Origin: an uncultured bacterium
Lineage (GTDB): Bacteria > Bacteroidota > Ignavibacteria > Kapaibacteriales > UBA2268
Assembly (NCBI GenBank): GCA_937875295.1
Contig: CALLXS010000054.1
Location: forward strand, 2,777 to 66,776
Length of the DNA stretch: 64,000 nt
Direction of reading: 5' to 3'
Positions 29,001 to 38,157 of this stretch are shown here, in pieces. A program made the translations under genes and the position numbers. The notes below the pieces were generated by a model. That model saw only the letters and a list, made by a program, of their open reading frames with translations. It had not been told where the DNA came from and ran no database searches. Every line of letters begins with the position of its first letter. The first letter of the stretch is position 1.

Positions 29001-30410
29001 ATGAATATATTATTAGTAGATGACAATAAAGACTTCACCGCTACTCTTAGCGATTTAATTCAATCATTTGGATATTCTACTACATCAATAAATCACCCCG
29101 AAGAAGCAATTAACTTTCTCGCTATCAATAATAATAATATAAATTGTATATTGTTAGATATTGAGTTCGGAAATGATGTAGCTATGAATGGCATCGATGT
29201 ATTAGAGCATTGTAGAAAAAATTATTTTTCGATACCTGTTGTAATGATTAGCGGAAAAGGAACAATTGAAACTGCAGTTAAAGCAACCAAATTAGGTGCA
29301 GCGAATTTCATAGAAAAAAGCATCTTAACTAAAGAAAAATTAAAAGAAGTACTAGAAAGCGTAGTAAAAGATTTTGCTAAAAAGGAAGAATCAGCTGAGA
29401 TTATTAAATTGCTCGAATCTCAAGGAATTATATCAAAAAGTAAGGCAATGGTAGAGCTTGGAGATTCTATTATTAGATATGGCAGAACCGATTTAAATGT
29501 TTTAGTTACCGGTGAGACAGGTACAGGTAAAAAGCTTGTGGCACAAGCTATTCATAGCTTTAGTCGCAGAAATAAATCTTCTTTTGTAACTGTAGATATT
29601 CCAAATATACCGAGAGAACTATTCCAAAGTGAATTATTTGGTCATATTAAAGGCTCATTCTCTGGTGCTTCAGAGACTAAGAAAGGGCTATTCCAGCAAG
29701 CTAATCGAGGTACAATATTTTTAGATGAAATTGGCGATCTATCGCCTGAACTGCAATCAAATTTGCTTATTCCTATTGAAGAGCGTACTGTGCGAAAAGT
29801 TGGCTCTATTGAGTCAGAAGAAATTGATGTAAGATTTATATCTGCGACAGATAAAGATTTAATAGCAGGTATTCAAAGTGGAAAATTTCGCGAACAACTA
29901 TTTCACAGATTAAGAGAATGTGGTATAAATATTCCACCGCTCAGGGAAAGAAAAGATGATATTCCCGGTATAATTAATCATTATGTAAAAAGACATAATC
30001 AGGAATTTAACGAAGCAAGAGAAATTTCCTCTTCAGCAATTGGTTATATGATTGATCAAGAATGGAGTGGAAATGTTAGAGAATTAGCAAGTGTAGTACG
30101 CGTTGTATTACAAACTGCTTCAAGCGACATAATTGAAGCAAACGACATAAGCAAACTTATATCTAATAATATTAATAAGCAATCACATAATATCAGCATT
30201 GAATTAAATAATGAGTCCGTTCTCAAACCAAATCGCACTCTAAAAGAAGATTTGGCAGAACTCGATAAATTAAAAATTATTAAGACGCTCGAAATGACCA
30301 AAGGAAATGTAAGCAAAGCTGCAGCACTTTTGGATATCAGTAGAGAAACACTTCATAATAAAATCAGAAAATACGAAATAAATACTCAAGAATTTAGGAA
30401 AAGATCCTAA
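29001..30410 (+). CDS. Sigma-54-dependent response regulator (NtrC family: receiver, AAA+, Fis-type HTH)
   Basis: Receiver domain with DD, D53 and K residues. AAA+ sigma-54 interaction domain with GETGTGK and the GAFTGA-like loop GSFSGA. C-terminal HTH KGNVSKAAALLDISRETLHNKI. Confidence 0.85.
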   Translation: MNILLVDDNKDFTATLSDLIQSFGYSTTSINHPEEAINFLAINNNNINCILLDIEFGNDVAMNGIDVLEHCRKNYFSIPVVMISGKGTIETAVKATKLGAANFIEKSILTKEKLKEVLESVVKDFAKKEESAEIIKLLESQGIISKSKAMVELGDSIIRYGRTDLNVLVTGETGTGKKLVAQAIHSFSRRNKSSFVTVDIPNIPRELFQSELFGHIKGSFSGASETKKGLFQQANRGTIFLDEIGDLSPELQSNLLIPIEERTVRKVGSIESEEIDVRFISATDKDLIAGIQSGKFREQLFHRLRECGINIPPLRERKDDIPGIINHYVKRHNQEFNEAREISSSAIGYMIDQEWSGNVRELASVVRVVLQTASSDIIEANDISKLISNNINKQSHNISIELNNESVLKPNRTLKEDLAELDKLKIIKTLEMTKGNVSKAAALLDISRETLHNKIRKYEINTQEFRKRS

Positions 30411-30467
30411 ATATATTTATTAAATTTGAAAAATCATTATAACTATATTAAATAAATTTTAAATCAA

Positions 30468-30992
30468 ATGAACAGACAAGAATTAGCAAAAGCAATTTAT
30501 GAAGTGTCTCACATTACCGGTGTGTTTAAACTTCGCTCAGGTATTGAATCAAATGAATATTTCGATAAATATAGATTCGAAAGTAACCCAAAAATTTTGC
30601 AAGCAATTGCTAAACAAATGGTAAGTCTTATTCCTACTGGAATAGATTACCTCGCTGGATTAGAGATGGGCGGAATTCCTATTGCTTCCTTACTTTCAAT
30701 TGAAACAGGTATTCCTGCTGTTTTTATCCGCAAAACTCCAAAAGAATATGGCACTTGCCAATTTGTAGAGGGAGCTTTAGTGCAAGGGAAGAAATTACTT
30801 ATTATTGAAGATGTAGTTACCAGTGGTGGACAGATAATTATTAGTACAAATGATTTACGTAATGAAGGAGCAATTATCGACCAAGCAATTTGTGTGATAG
30901 ATAGAGAAGCTGGAGGAAAAGATAATTTGATGAAATCAAATATTACGCTTAATGCACTATTTAATATGAATGACCTAAAACCAAAGAAATAG
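30468..30992 (+). CDS. pyrE: Orotate phosphoribosyltransferase (type I PRTase)
   Basis: PRPP-binding motif LLIIEDVVTSGG. Length and layout match short PyrE. Confidence 0.6.
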   Translation: MNRQELAKAIYEVSHITGVFKLRSGIESNEYFDKYRFESNPKILQAIAKQMVSLIPTGIDYLAGLEMGGIPIASLLSIETGIPAVFIRKTPKEYGTCQFVEGALVQGKKLLIIEDVVTSGGQIIISTNDLRNEGAIIDQAICVIDREAGGKDNLMKSNITLNALFNMNDLKPKK

Positions 30993-31019
30993 GTTTTTTC
31001 TTATTCTAAATTTATTAAT

Positions 31020-31850
31020 TTAAGCCCTGATATCTACTCTATTTTGAGCCAATGGGGAGTTTATTGCCGTTTGTGAGTTTGAATTACTTTTATAAGCCGA
31101 AAGTAATTTACTTGAATTGCTTGCAAGAGTATTATTTGAAGTATTGATTCCTGATTTCGAGCTATCACTATCTTCAGATTCCGAAGAAGTTAATTCAGAT
31201 CGTGCAGCTGCTTCGTTGCTTTTTGCTGATGATGCGACGCTGTAATCTTGTCCAGATGGTTCAGAGGGTGCCATAGCTGCTCTTTGGACTTGTTGCATTT
31301 TCCTAATTGTTGCTTCAGGGTCGCCTTCGACTGGACTCATATCGATTTGAACTTCTCCACCGATAGCATATTGCTTACCATCTGGTCCAGTTTGATAAGA
31401 ATATGATGCCCCACCACGTACAATACCACTACCTGCTGCTATATGAGTTTGTTCATGCTGACGAACTTCTGCATCTCTTTTTTCTAAATTTTTAATTAAA
31501 GCTTTATCTTCGTCAGAGAAATCTTCTTCACTATTTGACTCATTATTTACATTATTATCTTTTTTGGATTTTTTCTCTTTTTCATCTACTTTTTCATCTT
31601 TTAATTTATTATCTGTTTCTTGTAAAGTTTTTGGTAAAAATCGAGTTGCGTTCTCTGAAGCGATAAAAGTTTTATATTCCTCAGATAGCGCAATAGAATC
31701 ATCATAATTTGGTTTATATATAGCACTTTCTTGCTCTTGCAGTGGTTGGTTAGTACCATTACCTTGAGTAGGAAAATCAATTGATTTAGCAGCATATAAT
31801 GGGTGCGACCTAAATAAATTAATTGCCATATGTGTAGCGCTTACAGCCAT
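31020..31850 (-). CDS. SprA-related family protein (putative metalloprotease with an HExxH-like HEQTH motif)
   Basis: Block KRDAEVRQHEQTHIAAGSGIVRGGASYSYQTGPDGKQYAIGGEVQIDMSP resembles the SprA-related family as I recall it. The N- and C-termini are acidic and S-rich low complexity. Confidence 0.4.
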   Translation of the reverse strand: MAVSATHMAINLFRSHPLYAAKSIDFPTQGNGTNQPLQEQESAIYKPNYDDSIALSEEYKTFIASENATRFLPKTLQETDNKLKDEKVDEKEKKSKKDNNVNNESNSEEDFSDEDKALIKNLEKRDAEVRQHEQTHIAAGSGIVRGGASYSYQTGPDGKQYAIGGEVQIDMSPVEGDPEATIRKMQQVQRAAMAPSEPSGQDYSVASSAKSNEAAARSELTSSESEDSDSSKSGINTSNNTLASNSSKLLSAYKSNSNSQTAINSPLAQNRVDIRA

Positions 31851-32010
31851 ATTATAATTTTTTATTTTGATTTATAAAAACGATAAAACGAATAATAATG
31901 AAAAAATAAAATATCCGATAATTATATATAGAATGTACTATTTTTTTGAATTATCGGATATTTTTAGATAATCTTTAATTTTTTTTTCGTTTGATAAAAG
32001 TTAATTATAA

Positions 32011-33204
32011 TTATATTATACCATTTTCTTTATATTGTTTTATATCCTCAAGTGAATAACCTATTTTAGTCAGGATTTCTTCAGTATTTTGAGATAAAGT
32101 TGGCGGTGGAGCATCTACTTCACCCGGTGTTTTGCTTAGCTTTGCTGTCATATTGAATACTTTAATTTCGCCTATACCTTCTGCATTTACTGTAGCGAAA
32201 GTATTTCTATGTTTAATTTGAGGAGCATTGAGTGCATCTTCGAGAGAGAGAATTTCACCAGAAGGAACTCCTTCTTTATTTAATATTTCAACCCATAGCG
32301 ATGTATCTTTAGTCATTAATTTTTCTTCTAAAAGAGGAGTAAGCTCAAATCTATTTTTTTTGCGATTTTCACGTTCTTTAAATCTTGGATCTTCTAATAA
32401 TTCTTGACATCCGAGTAAATTACAAACTGATTGCCATTGTTCTTGTTTATTTGCTGCGATATTAATGAATCCATCTTTAGTGCGGAAAGTGCCAGAAGGT
32501 GCAGCAGTAAAATTATCATTTCCTAATAATTGTGGTTGTTGATTGCCTATCATTAAATTAGCTGCTACCCATCCTAGTGCAGGCATAATTGAATCGAGAA
32601 GGGCTACATCAATGAATTGACCTTCACCGGTTCTTTCGCGGTGAAATAGTGCTGCCATTATTGCATTTGATGCATTTAGTCCCCCTACTGTATCGCAAAG
32701 TGGGAATCCAGTTCTAAGAGGATTTAGAGTTTTATCGCCATTAATTGACATTACTCCACTTAATCCTTGAATTATTTGGTCATAAGCAGGTTTTTTAGCA
32801 TCTGGACCAGTGGAACCGAAACCAGAAATAGCACAGAAAATAATTTTATTATTTATTTTTTTTAGTTCTTCATAACCAATTCCGAGTTTATCCATTACTC
32901 CTGGTCGGAAGTTTTCGACTACAATATCAGCAGTTTCAGCTAATTTTTTAAATATCTCGACAGCTTTAGGCTCTTTTAAATTTAAAGTAACAGACTTTTT
33001 ATTAGAATTTTGAGCTAAAAAGCTCGTACCCATTAACTTTTTATTATATTCTGGTACGCATCCTAAAGCTCGTGCTAAATCCCCTCCCTTTGGATTTTCA
33101 ATTTTAATTACTTCAGCTCCTAAAAAAGCTAAATTTAATGTTGCAAAGGGTCCAGAGAGAACATTTGTCATATCTAATACTCTAATACCTTCTAATACCT
33201 TCAT
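32011..33204 (-). CDS. CoA-transferase family III protein (CaiB/BaiF-like)
   Basis: N-terminal LEGIRVLDMTNVLSGPFATLNLAFLGAEVIKIE motif typical of family III CoA transferases, 397 aa. Confidence 0.8.
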   Translation of the reverse strand: MKVLEGIRVLDMTNVLSGPFATLNLAFLGAEVIKIENPKGGDLARALGCVPEYNKKLMGTSFLAQNSNKKSVTLNLKEPKAVEIFKKLAETADIVVENFRPGVMDKLGIGYEELKKINNKIIFCAISGFGSTGPDAKKPAYDQIIQGLSGVMSINGDKTLNPLRTGFPLCDTVGGLNASNAIMAALFHRERTGEGQFIDVALLDSIMPALGWVAANLMIGNQQPQLLGNDNFTAAPSGTFRTKDGFINIAANKQEQWQSVCNLLGCQELLEDPRFKERENRKKNRFELTPLLEEKLMTKDTSLWVEILNKEGVPSGEILSLEDALNAPQIKHRNTFATVNAEGIGEIKVFNMTAKLSKTPGEVDAPPPTLSQNTEEILTKIGYSLEDIKQYKENGII

Positions 33205-33271
33205 TTTAAAACCTCGATTAATTTAATATATTTTAAAAATTATAAATTCCCAAATAAACTATAAAAAATAA

Positions 33272-36019
33272 TTATTTTCTACTAAGTTTAATTTCAATTC
33301 TTCTATTTTTTGCTCTTCCTTCTTCAGATTCATTTGTTGCAATAGGTTTTATACTACCCATGCCGATTGAAATAATAGAATTATTATCAACGCCATGGTT
33401 AATTAAATATTTAGCAACAGCGTCAGCTCTTTGCTTTGATAGATTATTATTGCTTTCTTCAGTTCCTATGGCATCAGTATGAGCTGAAATTTCAATTATT
33501 AAATTTGGATTTGATTTAAGGAAATCTGCTAATCTATTTAAATAACTATAAGCTGCTTCGTTTATGACGAATTGTCTTGATTCAAAAACAATTTCTTCTA
33601 ATATTATACTTTTTTGCTTAGAAACAACATCATCTATCGATAATAATTTGAAATTTTCTATAAGCGGTGTGCCTTTTAAGATATGAATTGCATCAATTTC
33701 TTTAGTAAAAGGGATATACCCATTAGCCGAAGCAGTCATAAAATAAATTTTACCTTCTTGCAAATTTGTAAAATATTTACCATTTGTATCGGTATCCATA
33801 GACAATAATGTTTCATCAGAAAGCATTTCATTTATATAAATTGTTGCATTAATTGGAGTGCCGTTTTCATTTGATACTGAGCCTGATATTGTAGATTTCG
33901 GATTTTTAAAGACAAAATTATATTCCAAAGTATCGCCTTTTTGGATTTGCGACATATCGATTATTGTCTGAATAGTGTCGTAATTTGGTGTAGAAGCAAT
34001 TACTTTATATATTTGATTTTCTGGTAAATCAATTTCGTAATACCCCGTAATTGCATTTGAAATATTCTTGTATAATTTTCCAGTTTTATCAGTAAAAGTG
34101 AGTTGTGATTGCACTTTCCAATTATCTTCATCTCTGCATATTCCTCTTAAAAATGCTGAATTAGTTGCTTCTTGTCCTTTTGGTTTAATTATAGCAGAAT
34201 AAGTAGAAATAATATCGCTAGAAATGTTATTTAAATTTTTATCAATATCGTCATAGATTTCATATTCCTTGCCGAGAGTTAGCTTTGTGAGAAGACCAGA
34301 ATTATATTTAGAAAAATCTAAAATCGAATAAACTGAAGCTCCGGCTTTCCAATATTTTTTTATTAATTCTGGTTCGGTAATTTGAGAATTAGTCTGGAAA
34401 GTTGGTTCATCGGTGATGAGAATAATGATTTTTTTAGAGTCTGGTCTAAATTTTAAATCTAAAGCTTCATCTAAAGCAATTGACGAGACTTCATCGATAG
34501 CATTAGCTCTTATCCCGGAATAAAATTTTACAAATTTGTTGATTTCATCAGTTGGTTGTAATACTTCATAAATTTGTTCTCCATAAAGTATACCACCAAT
34601 ATTAAAATCAATACCTTTAATTTCTAATGCTCTAAAGAAATTATTTAGTTTTAATTTTATTTCATCAATTATATTAATTAGAGTTGGTGAGCAATCTTGA
34701 AGAAAGACTATATCAATTTTTTCTTTTGGCATAGCATTAACTTCATCTATTGTAACAAATTTATATGAAGTATCTGCTAAAATAAAATCTTTTCGGCTTA
34801 ATTTAGGTACATCTCTGCCGTATTGATCTTTTACTTTAAATCTAATAATTTTTTGATTTGTATTAATAATTGCTTCTTTTTGTGAAATTATGTTATAATT
34901 CCAAGGTGTGCGAATTATTGATTTATTTAAATCATCTAATAGCAAGTTTGGAGTTTGGTAATACCTATTTGCAATATATTTCATTGCATTGTTTTTCTGC
35001 GAAGCAGTATTCAGTTCATTATAAATTGTTTTATAATTTGAGCCAGCATTATTAATAATTTGTATAATTTCTTTTGGTGTGGCTGTATTATCAGCTGGAC
35101 TCCACAAATAACCATTATCAGAAATACCAGCATCAGAGGACTTCACAGAAATTGTGCTACGATTTCTTAAATCAGCAGTATTAAGGAATCTCTCAGTTTT
35201 TAATCTAAGAAATAGGTTGCTTCCTGTATATTTATTAGTAGAAAATTTCGGAATTATGCCAACTGAAAATTTATCAATAGATAATTCCACTCCTAATCTA
35301 AAAGTATTATCTTCATATTTATAACCCAAACTAAATATAGCATAATCACTCAATCCTCCTAAACTGATATAAACATCAGGTGAAAATTTAGAATTACCTC
35401 TAAAATGAGCTTGAGGAGAATATCCAATATTTGTATGCAATGTCATCCATTCAAACGGAGAATATATGAGACCAAGAGTCCAATTAAAATAATCAAAATC
35501 TTTATACATATTACTCACTCCAAATGAAGTAATAAGCGAAGAAATTGGAGTATAAACTAAAGATGAATTGAATCTAAATGTCTTTAAGTTATATTTATCA
35601 TCAAATTTCCCTCTGTACATAGCTGAAGCTCCCCACCACAACTTATTTGGTACTATATTAAATCCAATTCCGGCAAAAAGTGATTTATAAGCTTTAATAG
35701 AATCTATATTATCAGGATATTTATCCATTACGAAACCAAGCCCAAAGTTATTTACTTTAGCAAATAAATCAAATTGACCATTAATTAATCCAAATTTATT
35801 ATCTACAGGTACTCCTACTAAAAAATCAGCTACTCCGCGAATACCCAATAATCCGGGATTCCATTGTACAGCACTTGCGTCGCTGAGCATACCAAGAGGT
35901 CTGTTAGTGAAATCATAAGGTGTGTTATAATATGGAGAGCTAAAATTTTGGCTAAATAAATTATAGTAACCTAAAATTATAGTCAATATAATAAATATAT
36001 TTTTAGATATTTTTATCAT
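33272..36019 (-). CDS. Large outer-membrane protein: N-terminal beta-barrel-like region, vWA-like domain, CarbopepD_reg-like domain and C-terminal OmpA peptidoglycan-binding domain
   Basis: Signal peptide. C-terminal OmpA signature (ISAHTDAIGTEESNNNLSKQRADAVAKYL...NRRIEIKL). vWA-like DIVFLQDCS...ILITDEP. Ig-like ISGSVSNENGTPINATIYIN. Confidence 0.7.
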   Translation of the reverse strand: MIKISKNIFIILTIILGYYNLFSQNFSSPYYNTPYDFTNRPLGMLSDASAVQWNPGLLGIRGVADFLVGVPVDNKFGLINGQFDLFAKVNNFGLGFVMDKYPDNIDSIKAYKSLFAGIGFNIVPNKLWWGASAMYRGKFDDKYNLKTFRFNSSLVYTPISSLITSFGVSNMYKDFDYFNWTLGLIYSPFEWMTLHTNIGYSPQAHFRGNSKFSPDVYISLGGLSDYAIFSLGYKYEDNTFRLGVELSIDKFSVGIIPKFSTNKYTGSNLFLRLKTERFLNTADLRNRSTISVKSSDAGISDNGYLWSPADNTATPKEIIQIINNAGSNYKTIYNELNTASQKNNAMKYIANRYYQTPNLLLDDLNKSIIRTPWNYNIISQKEAIINTNQKIIRFKVKDQYGRDVPKLSRKDFILADTSYKFVTIDEVNAMPKEKIDIVFLQDCSPTLINIIDEIKLKLNNFFRALEIKGIDFNIGGILYGEQIYEVLQPTDEINKFVKFYSGIRANAIDEVSSIALDEALDLKFRPDSKKIIILITDEPTFQTNSQITEPELIKKYWKAGASVYSILDFSKYNSGLLTKLTLGKEYEIYDDIDKNLNNISSDIISTYSAIIKPKGQEATNSAFLRGICRDEDNWKVQSQLTFTDKTGKLYKNISNAITGYYEIDLPENQIYKVIASTPNYDTIQTIIDMSQIQKGDTLEYNFVFKNPKSTISGSVSNENGTPINATIYINEMLSDETLLSMDTDTNGKYFTNLQEGKIYFMTASANGYIPFTKEIDAIHILKGTPLIENFKLLSIDDVVSKQKSIILEEIVFESRQFVINEAAYSYLNRLADFLKSNPNLIIEISAHTDAIGTEESNNNLSKQRADAVAKYLINHGVDNNSIISIGMGSIKPIATNESEEGRAKNRRIEIKLSRK

Positions 36020-36350
36020 TCAATTTTTTTAATAATTAGATTATTTTATTTCAGAAATTTAAATATTGCAAATATATGATTTTTGTAACAATTTTTAATA
36101 TTAAATAAATAATATTTTATTTGATAGAACAAAATGATTCATTCAATTTATTGTTGTTTATTATTTGTAGAATATTATACTTTGGCTAATAATCTACGTA
36201 CACTTTTTTTGAAATTTGTGATGAGAAATTATTAATTGATTTTGTAATTAATTATAAATAAAAGAGTTAGAAGAAATATTTAAAAATGGCATTGCTTTTG
36301 TAAAATACCCTACATTAATTAAAATAATTTTTAAATAATTAGGTGAAACA

Positions 36351-36773
36351 ATGATTTATAATAATTCTTTATTTAAAAATAGAGTACCAATTCTAAATAA
36401 AGCTCTTGATGCTTATGCTTTAAGACAGCAAACAATATCCAAAAATATTGCAAATGCGACTTCACCTCATTATAGACCAGAAGAAGTTCGTTTCGAAGAA
36501 TATTTTCATACTCCGGAATTAGCAATCTCCGGAGTGCAAAGCGAAGACACTCATATTCCAATAGGTGCACCGCAGGTCAATGGTATTGAAGCAGGGAAAG
36601 ATGAAGCTCCTGTACCGCGCCCAGAAGTGTATTTCTCTGGCGAGACTCATGTAAATATAGATAAGGAAATGAGCGAATTAGCTCAAAATCAAATAAAATT
36701 CCGATTTGCTTCTAGAGCAATGAAAAATTATTTTACTGGGATGATGTCCGCAATTACCGGATATAAACAATAA
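36351..36773 (+). CDS. flgB: Flagellar basal-body rod protein FlgB
   Basis: N-terminal rod motif LDAYALRQQTISKNIANATSPHYRPEEVRFEE, 140 aa, first gene of the flgBC-fliE array. Confidence 0.8.
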   Translation: MIYNNSLFKNRVPILNKALDAYALRQQTISKNIANATSPHYRPEEVRFEEYFHTPELAISGVQSEDTHIPIGAPQVNGIEAGKDEAPVPRPEVYFSGETHVNIDKEMSELAQNQIKFRFASRAMKNYFTGMMSAITGYKQ

Positions 36774-36806
36774 TATTTAGATTATAAACTTAAAAAATAT
36801 AAAACT

Positions 36807-37292
36807 ATGGCAGAGAATTTATTTTCATCATTTGATATTACAGGGCAAGGCTTAAGTGTGCAAAGAATGCGATTAAGCTCAATTGCCAAAAATATTGCAA
36901 ATGCAAATACTACTCGTGGGGAATATGGAAAACCTTACGAAAGAGAAGTTGTAGTAGTACGTTCGATCCCTCAAAGTCCCTTTGGGCAAGAGCTCGATAG
37001 CAGAATAAAACTATCTCGCACAGATAATGCTCATTCTCCAAATGCTGAACCATACTCATATCCCGGTGATTATAGAGTGCTAAAAGCAAATACTTCAAGG
37101 GATAATACTCCCGCAAGGTTAGTTTATGACCCTGCACATCCAGATGCTGATGATAATGGTTATGTACATTATCCAAATGTAAATATTGTAACTGAAATGG
37201 TAGAAATGATTTCCGCTCAGCGTGGATTCGAAGCAGGAGCAAATGTATTAGAAAGTGCAAAAAATATAGCTCGTGATTCGATGGAAATATAA
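36807..37292 (+). CDS. flgC: Flagellar basal-body rod protein FlgC
   Basis: N-terminal QRMRLSSIAKNIANANTTRG and C-terminal VNIVTEMVEMISAQRGFEAGANVLESAKNIARDSMEI motifs. Confidence 0.85.
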   Translation: MAENLFSSFDITGQGLSVQRMRLSSIAKNIANANTTRGEYGKPYEREVVVVRSIPQSPFGQELDSRIKLSRTDNAHSPNAEPYSYPGDYRVLKANTSRDNTPARLVYDPAHPDADDNGYVHYPNVNIVTEMVEMISAQRGFEAGANVLESAKNIARDSMEI

Positions 37293-37365
37293 TTTATTGG
37301 TTTTGAAATAATAAAAAGTAATTAAAACAAATTTTCCAATATAAAACAATTAATTAATAAAAGGT

Positions 37366-37665
37366 ATGAATTTAACTGCATTAAAAATTTATCAAGATAA
37401 TCAAACTACTAAAAAAGTAGTCCAATCTGCGATAATTAAAAGTAGCAGAGTAAATTCAAATTCGGCAACAGATATGATACAATCTAAAATATCAAATACA
37501 TCCGCCGAAACAAGAGGTGTAATTTCTAAAGGTGAAAGGAGTCACAATACGAAATTTAATCCTCATAATTCAGCCAGAGTAGAGCTTCATGAGGTATTTA
37601 ACCGTAATGGGAAAATATCAACTCAAAGCTTTACCAAAGGTAGTTTGGTGGATTTCACAGTTTAA
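37366..37665 (+). CDS. Questionable S/T/N-rich ORF in the 500-bp flgC-fliE gap
   Basis: ORF only. Poor SD spacing (AAGG one nt before the ATG), low-complexity composition, and no family resemblance. Confidence 0.2.
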   Translation: MNLTALKIYQDNQTTKKVVQSAIIKSSRVNSNSATDMIQSKISNTSAETRGVISKGERSHNTKFNPHNSARVELHEVFNRNGKISTQSFTKGSLVDFTV

Positions 37666-37788
37666 GGATGAACTGCAGGAAATTAGATAAGTCAAAAATA
37701 AATTGCTGATTAATATTTTGCAGGATGCACAATATTATACAATAACTAAAATAAGTATATAATATAATAAATAGAAGGAAGCTCTATT

Positions 37789-38097
37789 ATGGTAGTAAAT
37801 GAAATTGACCCCTCTAAATTATATTCTCCGTTAATACAGCAGAGAATACAAAATGACCCGGTATATAGACCGCAAGATACTACATTCGTAGACTCATTAA
37901 AGTCTTTTATCAAAGACGTTGATAATCAGCAAAAAGAGTCCGGCGAAATGACTGAAATGCTCATTAAAGGTGAAGCCGTTGACCTCCACGATGTGATGAT
38001 TTCTGCTGAAAAAGCAAAAACCACTTTTACATTATTGATGGAAGTAAGAAATAAATTCCTAGATGTATATCGCGAAACGATGCGAATGTCTGTGTAA
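37789..38097 (+). CDS. fliE: Flagellar hook-basal body protein FliE
   Basis: C-terminal DLHDVMISAEKAKTTFTLLMEVRNKFLDVYRETMRMSV matches the FliE signature. SD gaaggaag. Confidence 0.75.
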   Translation: MVVNEIDPSKLYSPLIQQRIQNDPVYRPQDTTFVDSLKSFIKDVDNQQKESGEMTEMLIKGEAVDLHDVMISAEKAKTTFTLLMEVRNKFLDVYRETMRMSV

Positions 38098-38157
38098 TTA
38101 TTTAAATTCAACAAAATTTAACTTAATAAATTATTAAAAAAGGAATATTTTAATAAA

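Noticed and set aside
36101-36140. Possible second sigma-28 promoter (TAAA-N15-ttGATAga) upstream of flgB
   Set aside because: Only 5/8 match in the -10 element, within A/T-rich DNA where such matches are expected by chance; not reported as a feature.
36283-36310. Possible sigma-54 promoter (tggcattgct) upstream of flgB
   Set aside because: GG and GC are only 6 nt apart instead of 10, so this does not fit the -24/-12 architecture.
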